From positions 4,526,001 to 4,590,000 of the forward strand of contig OZ024759.1 of assembly GCA_964016885.1 (NCBI GenBank): 64,000 nucleotides of DNA, written 5' to 3'. The notes beneath the pieces were generated by a model. The model did not search any database, was not told the origin of the DNA, and saw only the letters and a list, made by a program, of their open reading frames with translations. Of this stretch, positions 25,851-38,900 are shown piece by piece. Within the stretch, counting starts at the first letter, position 1, and every line of letters starts with the position of its first letter. The position numbers and the translations under genes are program-made. Source of the stretch: Eledone cirrhosa. Its lineage: Eukaryota.

Positions 25851-28800
25851 TGGGAGATCAAAAATACTGTTGTGGTCCCATTCCATTACTTCACCAATCT
25901 TGTAGACCCTAAATATTGTAATGGTCACTGTCCCTTCTCTTCCACCAACCTGAGAGACCCTAAATACTGTTGTGGTCCATGTCCCTTCTCTTCCACCAAT
26001 CTGGGAGTCACTAAATACTGTCATGGTTCCTGTTCCTCCCTCCAGTAATCTTGGAGACCCTAAATACTGTTGTAGTACCTTCCCATTCCTTCCACTAATT
26101 TTGGAGACCCTAAATATTGCAATGGTTACTGTCCCTTCCTTCCTTTCATTCAATCTAGTGGATCCTAAATACTGTTCTGGTCCCTGTTCCTTCTCTTCCA
26201 CCAATCAGTGAGTCCCTAAATACTGTCATGGTTCCTGTCCCTTACTTCTCTTCCACCAATCAGTGAGTCCCTTAATACTGCCGTAGACCCTGTCTCTTCT
26301 CTTCCACCAATCAGTGAGTCCCTTAATACTGTTGTGGTCCCTGTCTCTTCTCTTCCACCAATCAGTGAGTCCCTTAATACTGTTGTGGTCCCTGTCTCTT
26401 CTCTTCCACCAATCAGTGAGTCCCTTAATACTGTTGTGGTCCCTGTCTCTTCTCTTCCACCAATCAGTGAGTCCCTTAATACTGTTGTGGTCCCTGTCTC
26501 TTCTCTTCCACCAATCAGTGAGTCCCTAAATACTATCATGGTCCCTGTCTCTTCTCTTCCACCAATCAGTGAGTCCCTAAATACTGTCATGGTCCCTGTC
26601 TCTTCTCTTCCACCAATCAGTGAGTCCCTAAATACTATCATGGTCTCTGTCTCTTCTCTTCCACCAATCAGTGAGTCCCTTAATACTGTCGTGGTCCCTG
26701 TCTCTTCTCTTCTACCAATCAGTGAGTCTCTTAATATTGTCGTGGTCCCTGTCTCTTCTCTTCCACCAATCAGTGAGTCCCTAAATACTGTCGTGGTCCC
26801 TGTCTCTTCTCTTCCACCAATCAGTGAGTCCCTTAATACTGTCGTGGTCCCTGTTTCTTCTCTTCCACCAATCAGTGAGTCCCTAAATACTGTCGTGGTC
26901 CCTGTCTCTTCTCTTCCACCAATCAGTGAGTCCCTTAATACTGTTGTGGTCCCTGTCTCTTCTCTTCCACCAATCAGTGAGTCACTAAATACTGTCGTGG
27001 TCCCTGTCTCTTCTCTTCCACCAATCAGTGAGTCCCTTAATACTGTCGTGGTCCCTGTCTCTTCTCTTCCACCAATCAGTGAGTCCCTTAATACTGTCGT
27101 GGTCCCTGTCTCTTCTCTTCCACCAATCAGTGAGTCCCTAAATACTGTCGTGGTCCCTGTCTCTTCTCTTCCACCAATCAGTGAGTCCCTTAATACTGTC
27201 GTGATCCCTGTCTCTTCTCTTCCACCAATCAGTGAGTCCCTTAATACTGTCGTGGTCCCTGTCTCTTCTCTTCCACCAATCAGTGAGTCCCTTAATACTG
27301 TCGTGGTCCCTGTCTCTTCTCTTCCACCAATCAGTGAGTCACTAAATACTGTCGTGGTCCCTGACTCTTCTCTTCCACCAATCAGTGAGTCCCTAAATAC
27401 TATCATGGTCCTTGTCTCTTCTCTTCCACCAATCAGTGAGTCCCTAAATACTGTTGTGGTCCATGTCCCTTCTCTTCCACCAATCTGGGAGTCACTAAAT
27501 ACTGTCATGGTTCCTGTTCCTCCCTCCAGTAATCTTGGAGACCCTAAATACTGTTGTAGTACCTTCCCATTCCTTCCACTAATTTTGGAGACCCTAAATA
27601 TTGCAATGGTTACTGTCCCTTCCTTCCTTTCATTCAATCTAGTGGATCCTAAATACTGTTCTGGTCCCTGTTCCTTCTCTTCCACCAATCAGTGAGTCCC
27701 TAAATACTGTCATGGTTCCTGTCCCTTACTTCTCTTCCACCAATCAGTGAGTCCCTTAATACTGCCGTAGACCCTGTCTCTTCTCTTCCACCAATCAGTG
27801 AGTCCCTTAATACTGTTGTGGTCCCTGTCTCTTCTCTTCCACCAATCAGTGAGTCCCTTAATACTGTTGTGGTCCCTGTCTCTTCTCTTCCACCAATCAG
27901 TGAGTCCCTTAATACTGTTGTGGTCCCTGTCTCTTCTCTTCCACCAATCAGTGAGTCCCTTAATACTGTTGTGGTCCCTGTCTCTTCTCTTCCACCAATC
28001 AGTGAGTCCCTAAATACTATCATGGTCCCTGTCTCTTCTCTTCCACCAATCAGTGAGTCCCTAAATACTGTCATGGTCCCTGTCTCTTCTCTTCCACCAA
28101 TCAGTGAGTCCCTAAATACTATCATGGTCTCTGTCTCTTCTCTTCCACCAATCAGTGAGTCCCTTAATACTGTCGTGGTCCCTGTCTCTTCTCTTCTACC
28201 AATCAGTGAGTCTCTTAATATTGTCGTGGTCCCTGTCTCTTCTCTTCCACCAATCAGTGAGTCCCTAAATACTGTCGTGGTCCCTGTCTCTTCTCTTCCA
28301 CCAATCAGTGAGTCCCTTAATACTGTCGTGGTCCCTGTTTCTTCTCTTCCACCAATCAGTGAGTCCCTAAATACTGTCGTGGTCCCTGTCTCTTCTCTTC
28401 CACCAATCAGTGAGTCCCTTAATACTGTTGTGGTCCCTGTCTCTTCTCTTCCACCAATCAGTGAGTCACTAAATACTGTCGTGGTCCCTGTCTCTTCTCT
28501 TCCACCAATCAGTGAGTCCCTTAATACTGTCGTGGTCCCTGTCTCTTCTCTTCCACCAATCAGTGAGTCCCTTAATACTGTCGTGGTCCCTGTCTCTTCT
28601 CTTCCACCAATCAGTGAGTCCCTAAATACTGTCGTGGTCCCTGTCTCTTCTCTTCCACCAATCAGTGAGTCCCTTAATACTGTCGTGATCCCTGTCTCTT
28701 CTCTTCCACCAATCAGTGAGTCCCTTAATACTGTCGTGGTCCCTGTCTCTTCTCTTCCACCAATCAGTGAGTCCCTTAATACTGTCGTGGTCCCTGTCTC

Positions 28801-29722
28801 TTCTCTTCCACCAATCAGTGAGTCACTAAATACTGTCGTGGTCCCTGACTCTTCTCTTCCACCAATCAGTGAGTCCCTAAATACTATCATGGTCCTTGTC
28901 TCTTCTCTTCCACCAATCAGTGAGTCCCTTAATACTGTTGTGGTCCCTGTCTCTTCTCTTCCACCAATCAGTGAGTCCCTTAATACTGTCGTGGTCCCTG
29001 TCTCTTCTCTTCCACCAATCAGTGAGTCCCTAAATACTATCATAGTCCCTGTCACTTCTCTTCCACCAATCAGTGAGTCCCTAAATACTATCATGGTCCC
29101 TGTCTCTTCTCTTCCACCAATCAGTGAGTCCCTAAATACTGTCGTGGTCCCTGTCTCTTCTCTTCCACAAATCAGTGAGTCCCTTAATACTGTCGTTGTC
29201 CCTGTCTCTTCTCTTCCACCAATCAGTGAGTCCCTTAATACTGTCGTGGTCCCTGTCTCTTCTCTTCCACCAATCAGTCAGTCCCTTAATACTGTCGTGG
29301 TCCCTGTCTCTTCTCTTCCACCAATCAGTGAGTCCCATAATACTGTCGTGGTCCCTGTCTCTTCTCTTCCACCAATCAGTGAGTCCCTTAATACTGTCGT
29401 GGTCCCTGTCTCTTCTCTTCCACCAATCAGTGAGTCCCTAAATACTATCATGGTCCCTGTCTCTTCTCTTCCACCAATCAGTGAGTCCCTAAATACTGTT
29501 GAGTTCCCTGTCTCTTCTCTTCCACCATTCAGTGAGTCCCTAAATACTGTCGTGGTCCCTGTCTCTTCTCTTCCACCAATCAGTGAGTCCCTAAATACTG
29601 TCGTGGTCCCTGTCTCTTCTCTTCCACCAATCAGTGAGTCCCTAAATACTATCATGGTCCCTGTCTCTTCTCTTCCACCAATCAGTGAGTCCCTAAATAC
29701 TATCATGGTCCCTGTCCCTTCC
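25850..29722. repeat. 51-bp minisatellite, over 70 units, with a 1484-bp higher-order duplication
   Basis: Unit ccaccaatcagtgagtcccttaatactgtcgtggtccctgtctcttctctt; identical ORF text at 26216/27700 and 26334/27818. Confidence 0.95.
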
Positions 29723-29753
29723 CTCTCTAAAGGGTAAACAGATAAAAACTTAC

Positions 29754-29891
29754 TTGACTGGCAGCTGTGTCCCCTGTAAGCAGGTGAGCACCTTCCATTG
29801 ATGCAGATACCATTGTCAGAGTAACATTTGCCATTATTCAGACAGTGGCACTTCTTAACACAGTTGACACCAAACATGCCATGGGCACATC
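29754..29891 (-). CDS. EGF-like exon
   Basis: tctcag/gtaagt, 138 nt, phase 1-1: GCAHGMFGVNCVKKCHCLNNGKCYSDNGICINGRCSPAYRGHSCQS (8 Cys). Confidence 0.88.
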
Positions 29892-29919
29892 CTGAGAAAA
29901 CAACTTCAATATGTAATTA

Positions 29920-30289
29920 CTGTATTTCCTGACGCCGAAGACACTTCGTCCTCGAGGACACACCCTAATTCTGACAACCAAAAATTTGAAAAAAAATAAT
30001 TGTTTCTACTTTTGGCACAAGGCCAGCAATTATCCCAGTGTATTACTGGTACTTTATTTTATCCACCCCGTAAGGATGAAAGGCCAAGTTAACCTCGGCG
30101 GGATTTGAACTCAGAATGGCAAGTGCTGTAACTCTATGCGTCAAAGCATGGCGTCCGACCCTCTACCGATACTGCCAATTCACCGCCCTTTGAAGAAAAA
30201 TAATAAACAACTTTCGGCCTCCAGGATGCATGGTAGATTTTTGAGACTTATTTTAGTAAAAGTAGCGTCTTTGACGCCGGGAAATACGG
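29920..30289. mobile_element. pogo/Tigger-like MITE with nested SINE (related copy about 63801-63934)
   Basis: Terminal inverted repeats ctgtatttcctgacgcc...gacgccgggaaatacgg, TA at the left flank. Confidence 0.55.
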
Positions 30290-30459
30290 TGAGTTTAATT
30301 AATTTAAATTTCAGAGTTGTTATCTTTCATCCTTTGAGTGTATCCCATTTACAATAGTAACTCTATAACCCTGCATGTTGTAGAAAGAGCCTAAAATAGT
30401 TTGGCATCAAGAAGGGCATCCAGCAGCAAAATAATGCCTCAATACTATATATCATCATC

Positions 30460-30855
30460 ATCATTGGATGCGCAATGTCAATGTGCATGAATGAGCAAGC
30501 ATAGACGAGTTGAGAAAGAAATTGTGTATAATAGGGATAAGCTGTAGTGTGTGGGAGAGAAGACTGCGTTGGTATAGACATATGATGTGCATGGAGGATG
30601 ACTGCTGGGTAAAGAAGTGCCAAGAAATCCCAGTAGAAAGAAGATGCAGTAGAGGAAGACCACGAAAATCATGGACGAAGGTGGTGAGATCTGACCTCAG
30701 ATTGCTGAAGCTCATGGAGGAGATGACGAAAGACTGTGATGAATGGAGAGATGCTGTGCTGTATAGGACCCATCCCACCCTTGCAAGCAGGGAAAAGCGG
30801 ACGTAAAATGATGATGATGATCATCATCATGGTTATCATCATCATCATCATCATT
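30460..30855 (+). mobile_element. RTE 3' fragment (inverted homologue at about 44655-45045)
   Basis: ERRLRWYRHMM...RGRPRKSW, (GAT)n tail. Confidence 0.8.
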
Positions 30856-31035
30856 GTTTAACATCCATCTTCCACACTAGTCTGGATTAGATGGTTTTGT
30901 TCCACTTGAGGTGAGATTGGTCTGGAGACCGTGTCTTGCTTGTACAGAACTGTCTTTGGTAGGTTTTTTACCCCTGGAGGCCCTTCCTAACACCAACCAC
31001 ATTTACAGTGTACATCTTCTGTTTATTACATAATT

Positions 31036-31101
31036 CTGTTATACGTATTTCGAAGATGTCAGAGTGTTTGCATAACTTTCTGACATGTTCTCTTCAGACA
31101 A
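31036..31101 (-). ncRNA. Type I hammerhead ribozyme motif, core intact
   Basis: UUGU CUGAAGA GAAc AUGUCAGA-loop-UCUGACAU cUUC GAAAU ACGU AUA ACAG; G10.1-C11.1 present, palindromic loop III. Confidence 0.85.
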
Positions 31102-31897
31102 GTTGAAATTTGTGTTCTTTTATTTTGTTTTTGATATGCTACCAAGGAGTGGGGGTTAGAGTTGTGTTTGCATTCCTGTCCAGTTGTTATATGGTTTGGA
31201 TGGCTATTCTAGTAGGCAGATATAAAGCAGGAGGTGCTATTGTTGCTGACATACTAGGGATGCTAAGTAGGTTAAGGTATCAAATTACCAGAGGGGTAAG
31301 TCATCACCCCACCCCCCGTTCATATATGTTAAAGAATTTGTTCGAATAATCTACTTATTTTTTTATTTATTTGAACTTTGTTTATTTGTTTGAACTACAT
31401 AGCTATATATCCAGGCTGTGTATTATTAGAGAAGGTGATTCTTGTGTAACTATGTAAGGATGCATTAAATGTATAGATTTAGTCATTATGTTCAGCTCTA
31501 GGTGGAAGTTAGCATGGAACGTGTTAACTATCTAATCTAAGGAAAGTTTTAGATATTTTATGCATACAAGTATTAACTCTTTAGCATTTACATTACTCTG
31601 TAATGTATTTTCTCTGTAAAGTCTTTACCTCACATAATAATCTCACATAATATCAAATCCACAAGATTTTGATATTATTTATTTTGAGAACAATACCTTA
31701 ACAAAAGTATGAGCAGCCAGTTACGGCTGGTTTGAACAGAAAAAGCACCACCTACACTCCACTCCTACTATAACCATGACAGCCACCTCCACTCCACCAC
31801 CACCTACACTCCACTCCCACTATAACCACGACAGCCACCAACACTCCCCTCCCACTATAACCATGACAACCACCTACACTCCACCACCACCACTCAC

Positions 31898-32032
31898 CTT
31901 TACAAGTGTTATTCACATCAATATATCCATCTTTACATCCAGTCACACATTTGCCAGTCAATTGATCACATGTCTTTCTGCAGTTGTTGCACTCTTCTTT
32001 ACAATTTCTTCCATAGAATCCAGGGAGACATT
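31898..32032 (-). CDS. EGF-like exon
   Basis: ttctag/gtgagt, 135 nt, phase 1-1: CLPGFYGRNCKEECNNCRKTCDQLTGKCVTGCKDGYIDVNNTCK. Confidence 0.88.
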
Positions 32033-32069
32033 CTAGAAAGACAAACAATCTTAGTCATTATTTCAATCT

Positions 32070-32452
32070 AGGGCAGTGGATTGGCAGAATCGGTGGAGCA
32101 TCGAACACCATGCTTTGCGGCATAAAGTTATGGCCCTTTATGATCTGAGTTCAAATCGCGCCGAGGTTAACTTTGCTTTTCATCCTTACGGGGTCTTGTG
32201 CCTATATAAGGAACCATTATTTTAATCAAGGGCGGTGGATTGGCAGTATCGTTAGAGTGTCGAACACCATGCTTTGCGGTATTGAGTTACGACCCTTTCC
32301 ATTCTGAGTTCAAAACCCGCCAAAGTTAGCTTGGCCTTTCATCCTTACGGGGTCGATAAAATAAAGTACCAGTCACACACTGGGGTCATTTAAATCGACT
32401 TTCCCCCTTCCCTTCAAATTGCTGGCCTTGTGCCAACAGTAGAAACAATTAT
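32070..32452 (+). mobile_element. tRNA-derived SINE family B, two copies (others near 2055-2170, 30000-30190, 35331-35545, 44320-44480, cluster 46395-47290)
   Basis: gggcggtggattggcag head, gagttcaaatc B-box, catccttacggggtcgataaaataaagtacc core. Confidence 0.78.
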
Positions 32453-32483
32453 TTCAATCTGCACTTTGACAATGCTGTTTATT

Positions 32484-33073
32484 TTAACCCTTTAGCATTT
32501 ACATTACCCTGTATTTACTATTGTATTTTCATGGTAAAGGCTTTACCTCACATAATTATCTCACATAACATTTACATTACTCTGTATTTACTATTGTATT
32601 TTCATGGTAAAGGCTTTACCTCACATAATTATCTCACATAACATTTACATTACCCTGTATTTACTATTGTATTTTCATGGTAAAGGCTTTACCTCACATA
32701 ATTATTTCACATAACATTTACATTACCCTGTATTTACTATTGTATTTTCATGGTAAAGGCTTTACCTCACATAATTATCTCACATAACATTTACATTACT
32801 CTGTATTTACTATTGTATTTTCATGGTAAAGGCTTTACCTTACATAATTATCTCACATAATATTTACATTACCCTGTATTTACTATTGTATTTTCATGGT
32901 AAAGGCTTTACCTCACATAATTATCTCACATGATATTGAATCTACGAGATTTTAATATTATTTATTTTGAGAAGAAAACCTTAACATCAGTATGAGTGGC
33001 CAGTTGCAGCTGATTTGAACAGAGGTTAGAGAATTCTGGCCGGATATGGCCAGTTTAAATGCTAAAGGGTTAA
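32484..33073. mobile_element. piggyBac-like MITE with internal 73-bp array (about 6 copies)
   Basis: TTAA CCCTTTAGCATTTA ... TAAATGCTAAAGGG TTAA; short uninterrupted copies at 43580-43808 and 62536-62749. Confidence 0.8.
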
Positions 33074-34742
33074 ACTGTTTACATTCCATTATAATTTCAT
33101 GTAAGAACCTTTGTTAAGTTATATTCCAAACCACCTGAAACTGCTCCAGGTTCTATGCTACAAAATTGTTTATTCCAAAGCCTTTATATTATCTAAAAAT
33201 CTTCCATCTAATTTCATGTAAGAACCTTTGTTAAGTTACATTCCAAACCACCTGAAACTGCCCTTATTCCACTTTAAGTTTACGGTTCATTTCTTTTTCA
33301 TTTAGAATTGTCTCCTGCAAGAACATAGATGAAAATGGATGAAAATGCACAAAAATTCAAACTGGTTATAATCAACAAGTAAAATCTTTTTCATTTTTTT
33401 TTTTTTGGCATGGCATTGGAAAAGCATCACACTGTCTAAAAAAGTCTGTCTTAAACCATAAGGCTTGTTAGGCCAATGCTTATCTCGGTTTCATGGCATG
33501 AAGCAACTTGAAGTACAAGACACCTTGCTGTGAAGGCACATGGCTTAGTGGTTAGAGCATTGGGCTTGCAATTGAAAGGTTGTGAGTTCAATTCTCGGAC
33601 CAGGTGATGTGTTGTTTCCTTGAGCAAGACACTTTATTTCACATTGCTCCAGTTTACTCAGCTGTAGAAATGAAATGATAGGACTGGGGTCCCTATCATT
33701 AAATTACCCTAGACACCTCCAACGAGATATACCTTGGAGGAGGCCAGCTAAACCTGCATATGTGTGAGCTGTAACAACAACAACCTCGCTGGACAGGACA
33801 CCAGTCCATCACAGTGTTAAACCTCCAGCTATTACAGGTACTCATTTTCAGCTATATAATACAATATATTTTTCGTTAGGCTGGTGCTTATCTCTGTTTC
33901 ATGGCGTGAAGCGACTGGGAGTACAAGATTCCCCCCTGGACAGGACACCAGTCCATCACAGGGTTAAACCTCCAGCTATTACTGGTACTCATTTTCAGCT
34001 GAGTATACTGGAGCAATGTGAAGTGAAGTGTTTTGCTCAAGAACACAACATGTAACCCAGCTCAGGAATCGAACCCATGACATTATGATTCTATGTCCAA
34101 CACCCTTACCACTAGGCAATGCACCAAACTGTGCAACTCCTAAATATTTTTGTATCTCCTCGTGTTTGTGTTTTTGTAGTTTTTATGTCAAATGAATTCA
34201 GAGCATAATCGACATGAGATGATTTCAACTAAAACCTGTTTCCCTATAAATATGAAACACCCTAATATATATGTATATATGTTAAAGGTATATTATAAAG
34301 AGAAAGGACCTGCTGGCTGAGCTCTTGCTCTTTATAAAATAGCCATGCTCTACTACTGTGGGCTTTGTGTTGTGTTCTTGAGCAAGACACTTTATTTCAC
34401 GTTGCTCCAGATCACTCAGCTGTGGAAATGGGTTGCGATGTCACTGGTGCCAAGCTGTATCGGCCATTGCCTTTCCCTTGGACAATATCAGTGGCATAGA
34501 GAGGGGAGGCTGTTATGCATGGGCTACTGCTGGTCTTCTACAAAACAACCTTGCCCAGACTTGTGCCTTGGAGGGGAACTTTCTAGACTCAAATTCTATG
34601 GACATTCGTGACCGAAGGATCTCTTTACCTTTTACCCTTACTAACCCATGTATCGAATACTCTGTTCAGTAATGGTCTAACTAGTTTTAAACTGGTTCTA
34701 TCCTGATTTATGTTAAAGGTATAAAGGTATCTATATACTTAC

Positions 34743-34943
34743 GAAAGACCTCCACTTCACACATGCTAAGGCTAGGTCCTGACAGCAGAATTATTGTGAT
34801 TTTGTTGCCCTTAACAGGACTAGAACATTGCACATCAATAACTTTTGTCTTCTCTAGATTGGAAATCTTCTCACATATTCTGTGTTTTTTGTCATTTGAT
34901 ACCAACACTATTATTGAGAATTTATTTTGTGCTGCAGAAAAAC
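34743..34943 (-). CDS. F-type lectin domain, C-terminal exon
   Basis: ttaccag/gtaagt, 201 nt, phase 1-1: ...RICEKI...DVQCSSPVKGNKITI...LSMCEVEVF; CEVEV is the typical family C-terminus. Confidence 0.85.
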
Positions 34944-35989
34944 CTGGTAAGAAAGTTAAAACAAAAAACAAATAGCAATGGTATTTGGTGGTGGTGGTGG
35001 TGGTGGTGAGGAGGAGGGAGGTTTGGGTAAAGTTTAGTCAAAAAGTGATTGGCAAACATGGGCTTGGACCAGTGCAAGATTTAGGGCACATGAAGCCCTG
35101 TGCTAGTTATGTTATGAGGCCTCTTACTCGTAAAAAATTCATCATAAAAAATTGTGCCAAATTTAGAATTAACCGTTTAGCATTTAAACCGGTTGTATTC
35201 GGCCAGAATTTTCTCAACTCTTTCTATTCAAACTGGCTGTAACTGGACACTCATACTTATATTAAGGTATTGTTCTCAAAATAAATAACATCAAAATCTC
35301 ATAGATTCGATATTATGTGAGATAATTATGAGGGCGGTGGATTGGCAGTAACGGTAGAGGGTCGGACGCCATGCTTTGCCGCATGGAGTTACGGCCCTTT
35401 ATGATTTTAGTTCAATCCCGCCGAGGTTAACTTTGCCTTTCATCCTTATGGGGTTGATAAAATAAAGTACCAGTCACTCACTGGGGTCGATTTAATCGAC
35501 GTTCCCCTACCCCAAAATTGCTGACCTTGTGCCTATATAAAAATCCCTTATGTGATATAATTATGAGGTAAAGCCTTTACTGTGAAAATACAATAGTATA
35601 TATAGAGTAATGTAAATGTTATGTGAGATATTATGTGAGGTAAAGCCTTTACTGTGAAAATACAATAGTATATATAGAGTAATGTAAATGTTATGTGAGA
35701 TATTATGTGAGGTAAAGCCTTTACTGTGACAATACAATAGTATATATAGAGTGGTTTCTTTATTTGCCACTAGGGCACAAAAGGTAGGGACAGATACAAG
35801 GGGGGAAGTTTACATATAATTAACGAGTACAAAAATATAACAATGAAATAACAACAACAAACGAAGTCCTCAATAGGGAGGGGGCATTAACATGGGTCGC
35901 ACACACCCCGGAAAAAATGTGTAACCCTTCTCCTCAGGAGCACAAAGAGTAGGTGCTTCCCTCGTCTCCTCTTTTTCCTCTTCTTTCAC

Positions 35990-38900
35990 CTACAGGCTGA
36001 TATAGAGAGAAGACCCATTCACTCTGGCCATTCTCCCTACTTTCACCCACCTTTCATAAAACTTGCTGGGGTAGAGCACCTCTCTCTCCATTCTGATCCT
36101 TCTTTTAAAATGGTATTTGAAAAAGGGGATCAGTTGTTGGCCGGAGAGAAAGGTGTCTGACCTCAGCCCTTTCAGCCTCGTCCACCATACAACTTCTTTA
36201 GCCATGGCTACCACACAGAGAAAAACCGCCTCTCCTTCGTTTTTGAAAGGGGGAGGCGGTTTGATCGTGACAATGGACTCGGTGGTCAACCGGATTGGTC
36301 CCACCCTCGACAGTAGTCGTTCCACATAGCCCCACAGGTCAGCAATGCCTGGGCAGTGTACGAATGCGTGCGCAACGGTTTCGTCATCATGCACGCATCT
36401 CGGACAGATCTTATTCAAAGGATCTCTACCCAGGCTCCCATGCCTGTGGAGCTTGTCTCGAACGGGTAGAGCCCCTCGGTAGCACTGCCAAGCCAGGGAC
36501 TTTTGGAAGTTGTCCATCGGTCCAGGGCCAAACGTCCTACCGAACAGACTGGCCAGTTCATCTTCCTCCATGCCTAGAGCTTCTCCGAGAGCATCGTCGC
36601 ACCTGCTGCGTACCAACCCTCTATAGAATGTCGAGGTGGAGTCTCCACTGATTGCCGGGTCCGCTTTCCAGAGGGCCGTGAGCGCCTGGGCACATTCAAT
36701 GTGCCAGTCGCCCACTTTTCTCGGTCTTTGCTTGACCCAGGATTGCAGCTCGGTGAGCGAGACGAGTCTGGGAAAGGCTCGCCTCACAAACGGGGCCCAC
36801 ACCGGTTGACCGGTGAGGAATACCTGGAGGTGCCGTAGCCTTAATGCGTGTTTACGCATCTGTAGCCACGGCATCCCCAGCCCTCCTTTCGAAGGGTGTT
36901 GACAGCAGATGGATCTCCTCACCAAAGGGGTCCGCTTGTTCCAAAGAAATTGGAACAGCGCGCACTCCATTTTGGCGAGTCTTTTCACTGGGCAAGGCAC
37001 GACGGTCAAGCGGTAGTAGATGACGGATGCTATATAAGTATTCGCCACCTCCGCTCGACCTTTCAGGGATAGTTTGCACTGGGCCCACTTCTGGGTGAGT
37101 GCAAATACCCTGGCCGTTACCTCGTTCCAGTTTTTCTCCACCTGGAGGTCTGGTCCGAACCAGACCCCAAGCAGCTTCACCGGGCCCTCCGTCCAGCGTC
37201 CGACGACGTCGTTGGAGGGCATCGGTTTGCCTCTCCATGTTCCGAGTTGCAAACCGACGGACTTGTCCCGGTTCAGCTTGGCTCCTGTAAACCTTTCATA
37301 TTCCTCCAGTAAGGTGCCGATCTCACCGATTTGCGAGGTTTTCGACACCATTACTGTCACGTCATCGGCGTAGGCCGACGCCGCTTTCTGCAATCCCGGT
37401 TCCAAAGGGATGCCCTGCAACCGCTCCAACTTCCGCAGTAGTGGCTCAAGAGCCAGCACATACAGTAGGGAGGAGAGAGGGCATCCCTGTCGGATGGATC
37501 GCATGATTTGGAACGGCTCCGAGAGGTGGCCGTTCACCTTGACCCTTGAGCAGACGTTGCTGCTGTGCATCGCAGCAATCCAACCCCTGAAAACAGGTCC
37601 GAAGCCTGCCGCCGCGAGCACCGCATCCAGGTAACGATGGTCAACCCTATCGAAAGCTTTAGATTGATCCAAGTTGATCAGGGCCCCACCAAAGCCGGGT
37701 TCATTCCCTACCCTCTCTATGATGTATCGCATAAGGTGGAGATTGTCGTGAATGGACCTGGACGGGATTGCGCATGTCTGCGCTTCTCCCACCAGGTTTC
37801 CAACGACAAGCGCCAACCTCTTCGCTAACACCTTGGCCAAAATCTTTAACTCTGTATTTAGCAGAGTTATGGGCCTGAAGTTACTTATGTCATCCCCCTT
37901 GTTCTCATCCTTCCTCACCAGCGTAACTACGCCCTTGGTCACAGAACTGGGAATTCTCCCGTTCTGCTGCCAGTTGCAGTAGACCGCTTCGAGGATATCG
38001 GAGAACAAGTCCGGCATCGCTACATATAGCTCGTATGGTAGACCATCGAGACCCGGGGATTTGCGTTTGCCGCATTGGCTCAGCGCCGCCCCTATCTCAG
38101 CAGCTGAAATCGTCCTTTCGCAGGACTTCGCCTCCGCGTCCGAGAGGCGCGGCAGACCGTCGAGGTATGGATTGAAATCCATAGTCTCACCCGGCGCGCC
38201 GCTCCTCTCGAACAGTCGTGCAAAGTGCCGCTGAAAGGCCGCACATATCTGCCCAGGTTCAAGGATCACACGCCCATCCTGGTCCTTCAAAGACCGAATC
38301 GTGGACTTGTTCCCACTTTTTGCCTCTGTCACTCGGGCCCAGCTTACAGCTTTGGCTCCCTCATTACCCAGAGCACGTATTTTACTCCTGACAACGCAGC
38401 CTTCATGCTTCACCTCAAAGAACTGGTCTAAGGCCATTCTTGATGCCAGCACGCCGGCTACATTGCCACTCCTAATCGCCTCTTCTACTCTATCTACTAA
38501 TTCCCTTTCCGTCTTGTTCCTATCCCTTGCTAATTCCTGACTAAAACCTATCGATTCTATTCTAATTGCTCTCTTAAGAGAGCTCCACCACCTGTTGTTG
38601 ACAATTGCCCCTGTCAAACTCTGCTTAACTAACGTGCTAATCCGTTTACTGTAAGCTTTGCTTCTCGGTAAGGACAAGTTCAGCTTCCAGTAACCGGGTC
38701 CCTGTCTATGGGTTCTATCAAGGTTGGCTATGCAGGTCACTAACTTGTGATCCGAATAGTCAACCATGAACATTTTTGGACAGCTAAATGTGTCCCTATC
38801 GTTCTCTCTAACTAGGACCCTATCTAGGTACGACCTAGATGTTCCACTGCGATTGGTCCACGTCCATAGTGGTACAGTCGGAAAATCTAGTCGATATCTA

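Noticed and set aside
25462-26204. Poly-His/Pro/Gly ORFs
   Set aside because: CAC/CAT low-complexity tract.
26216-29737. 450-640-aa repetitive ORFs on both strands
   Set aside because: 51-bp unit is a multiple of 3; intronic, no splice or domain support.
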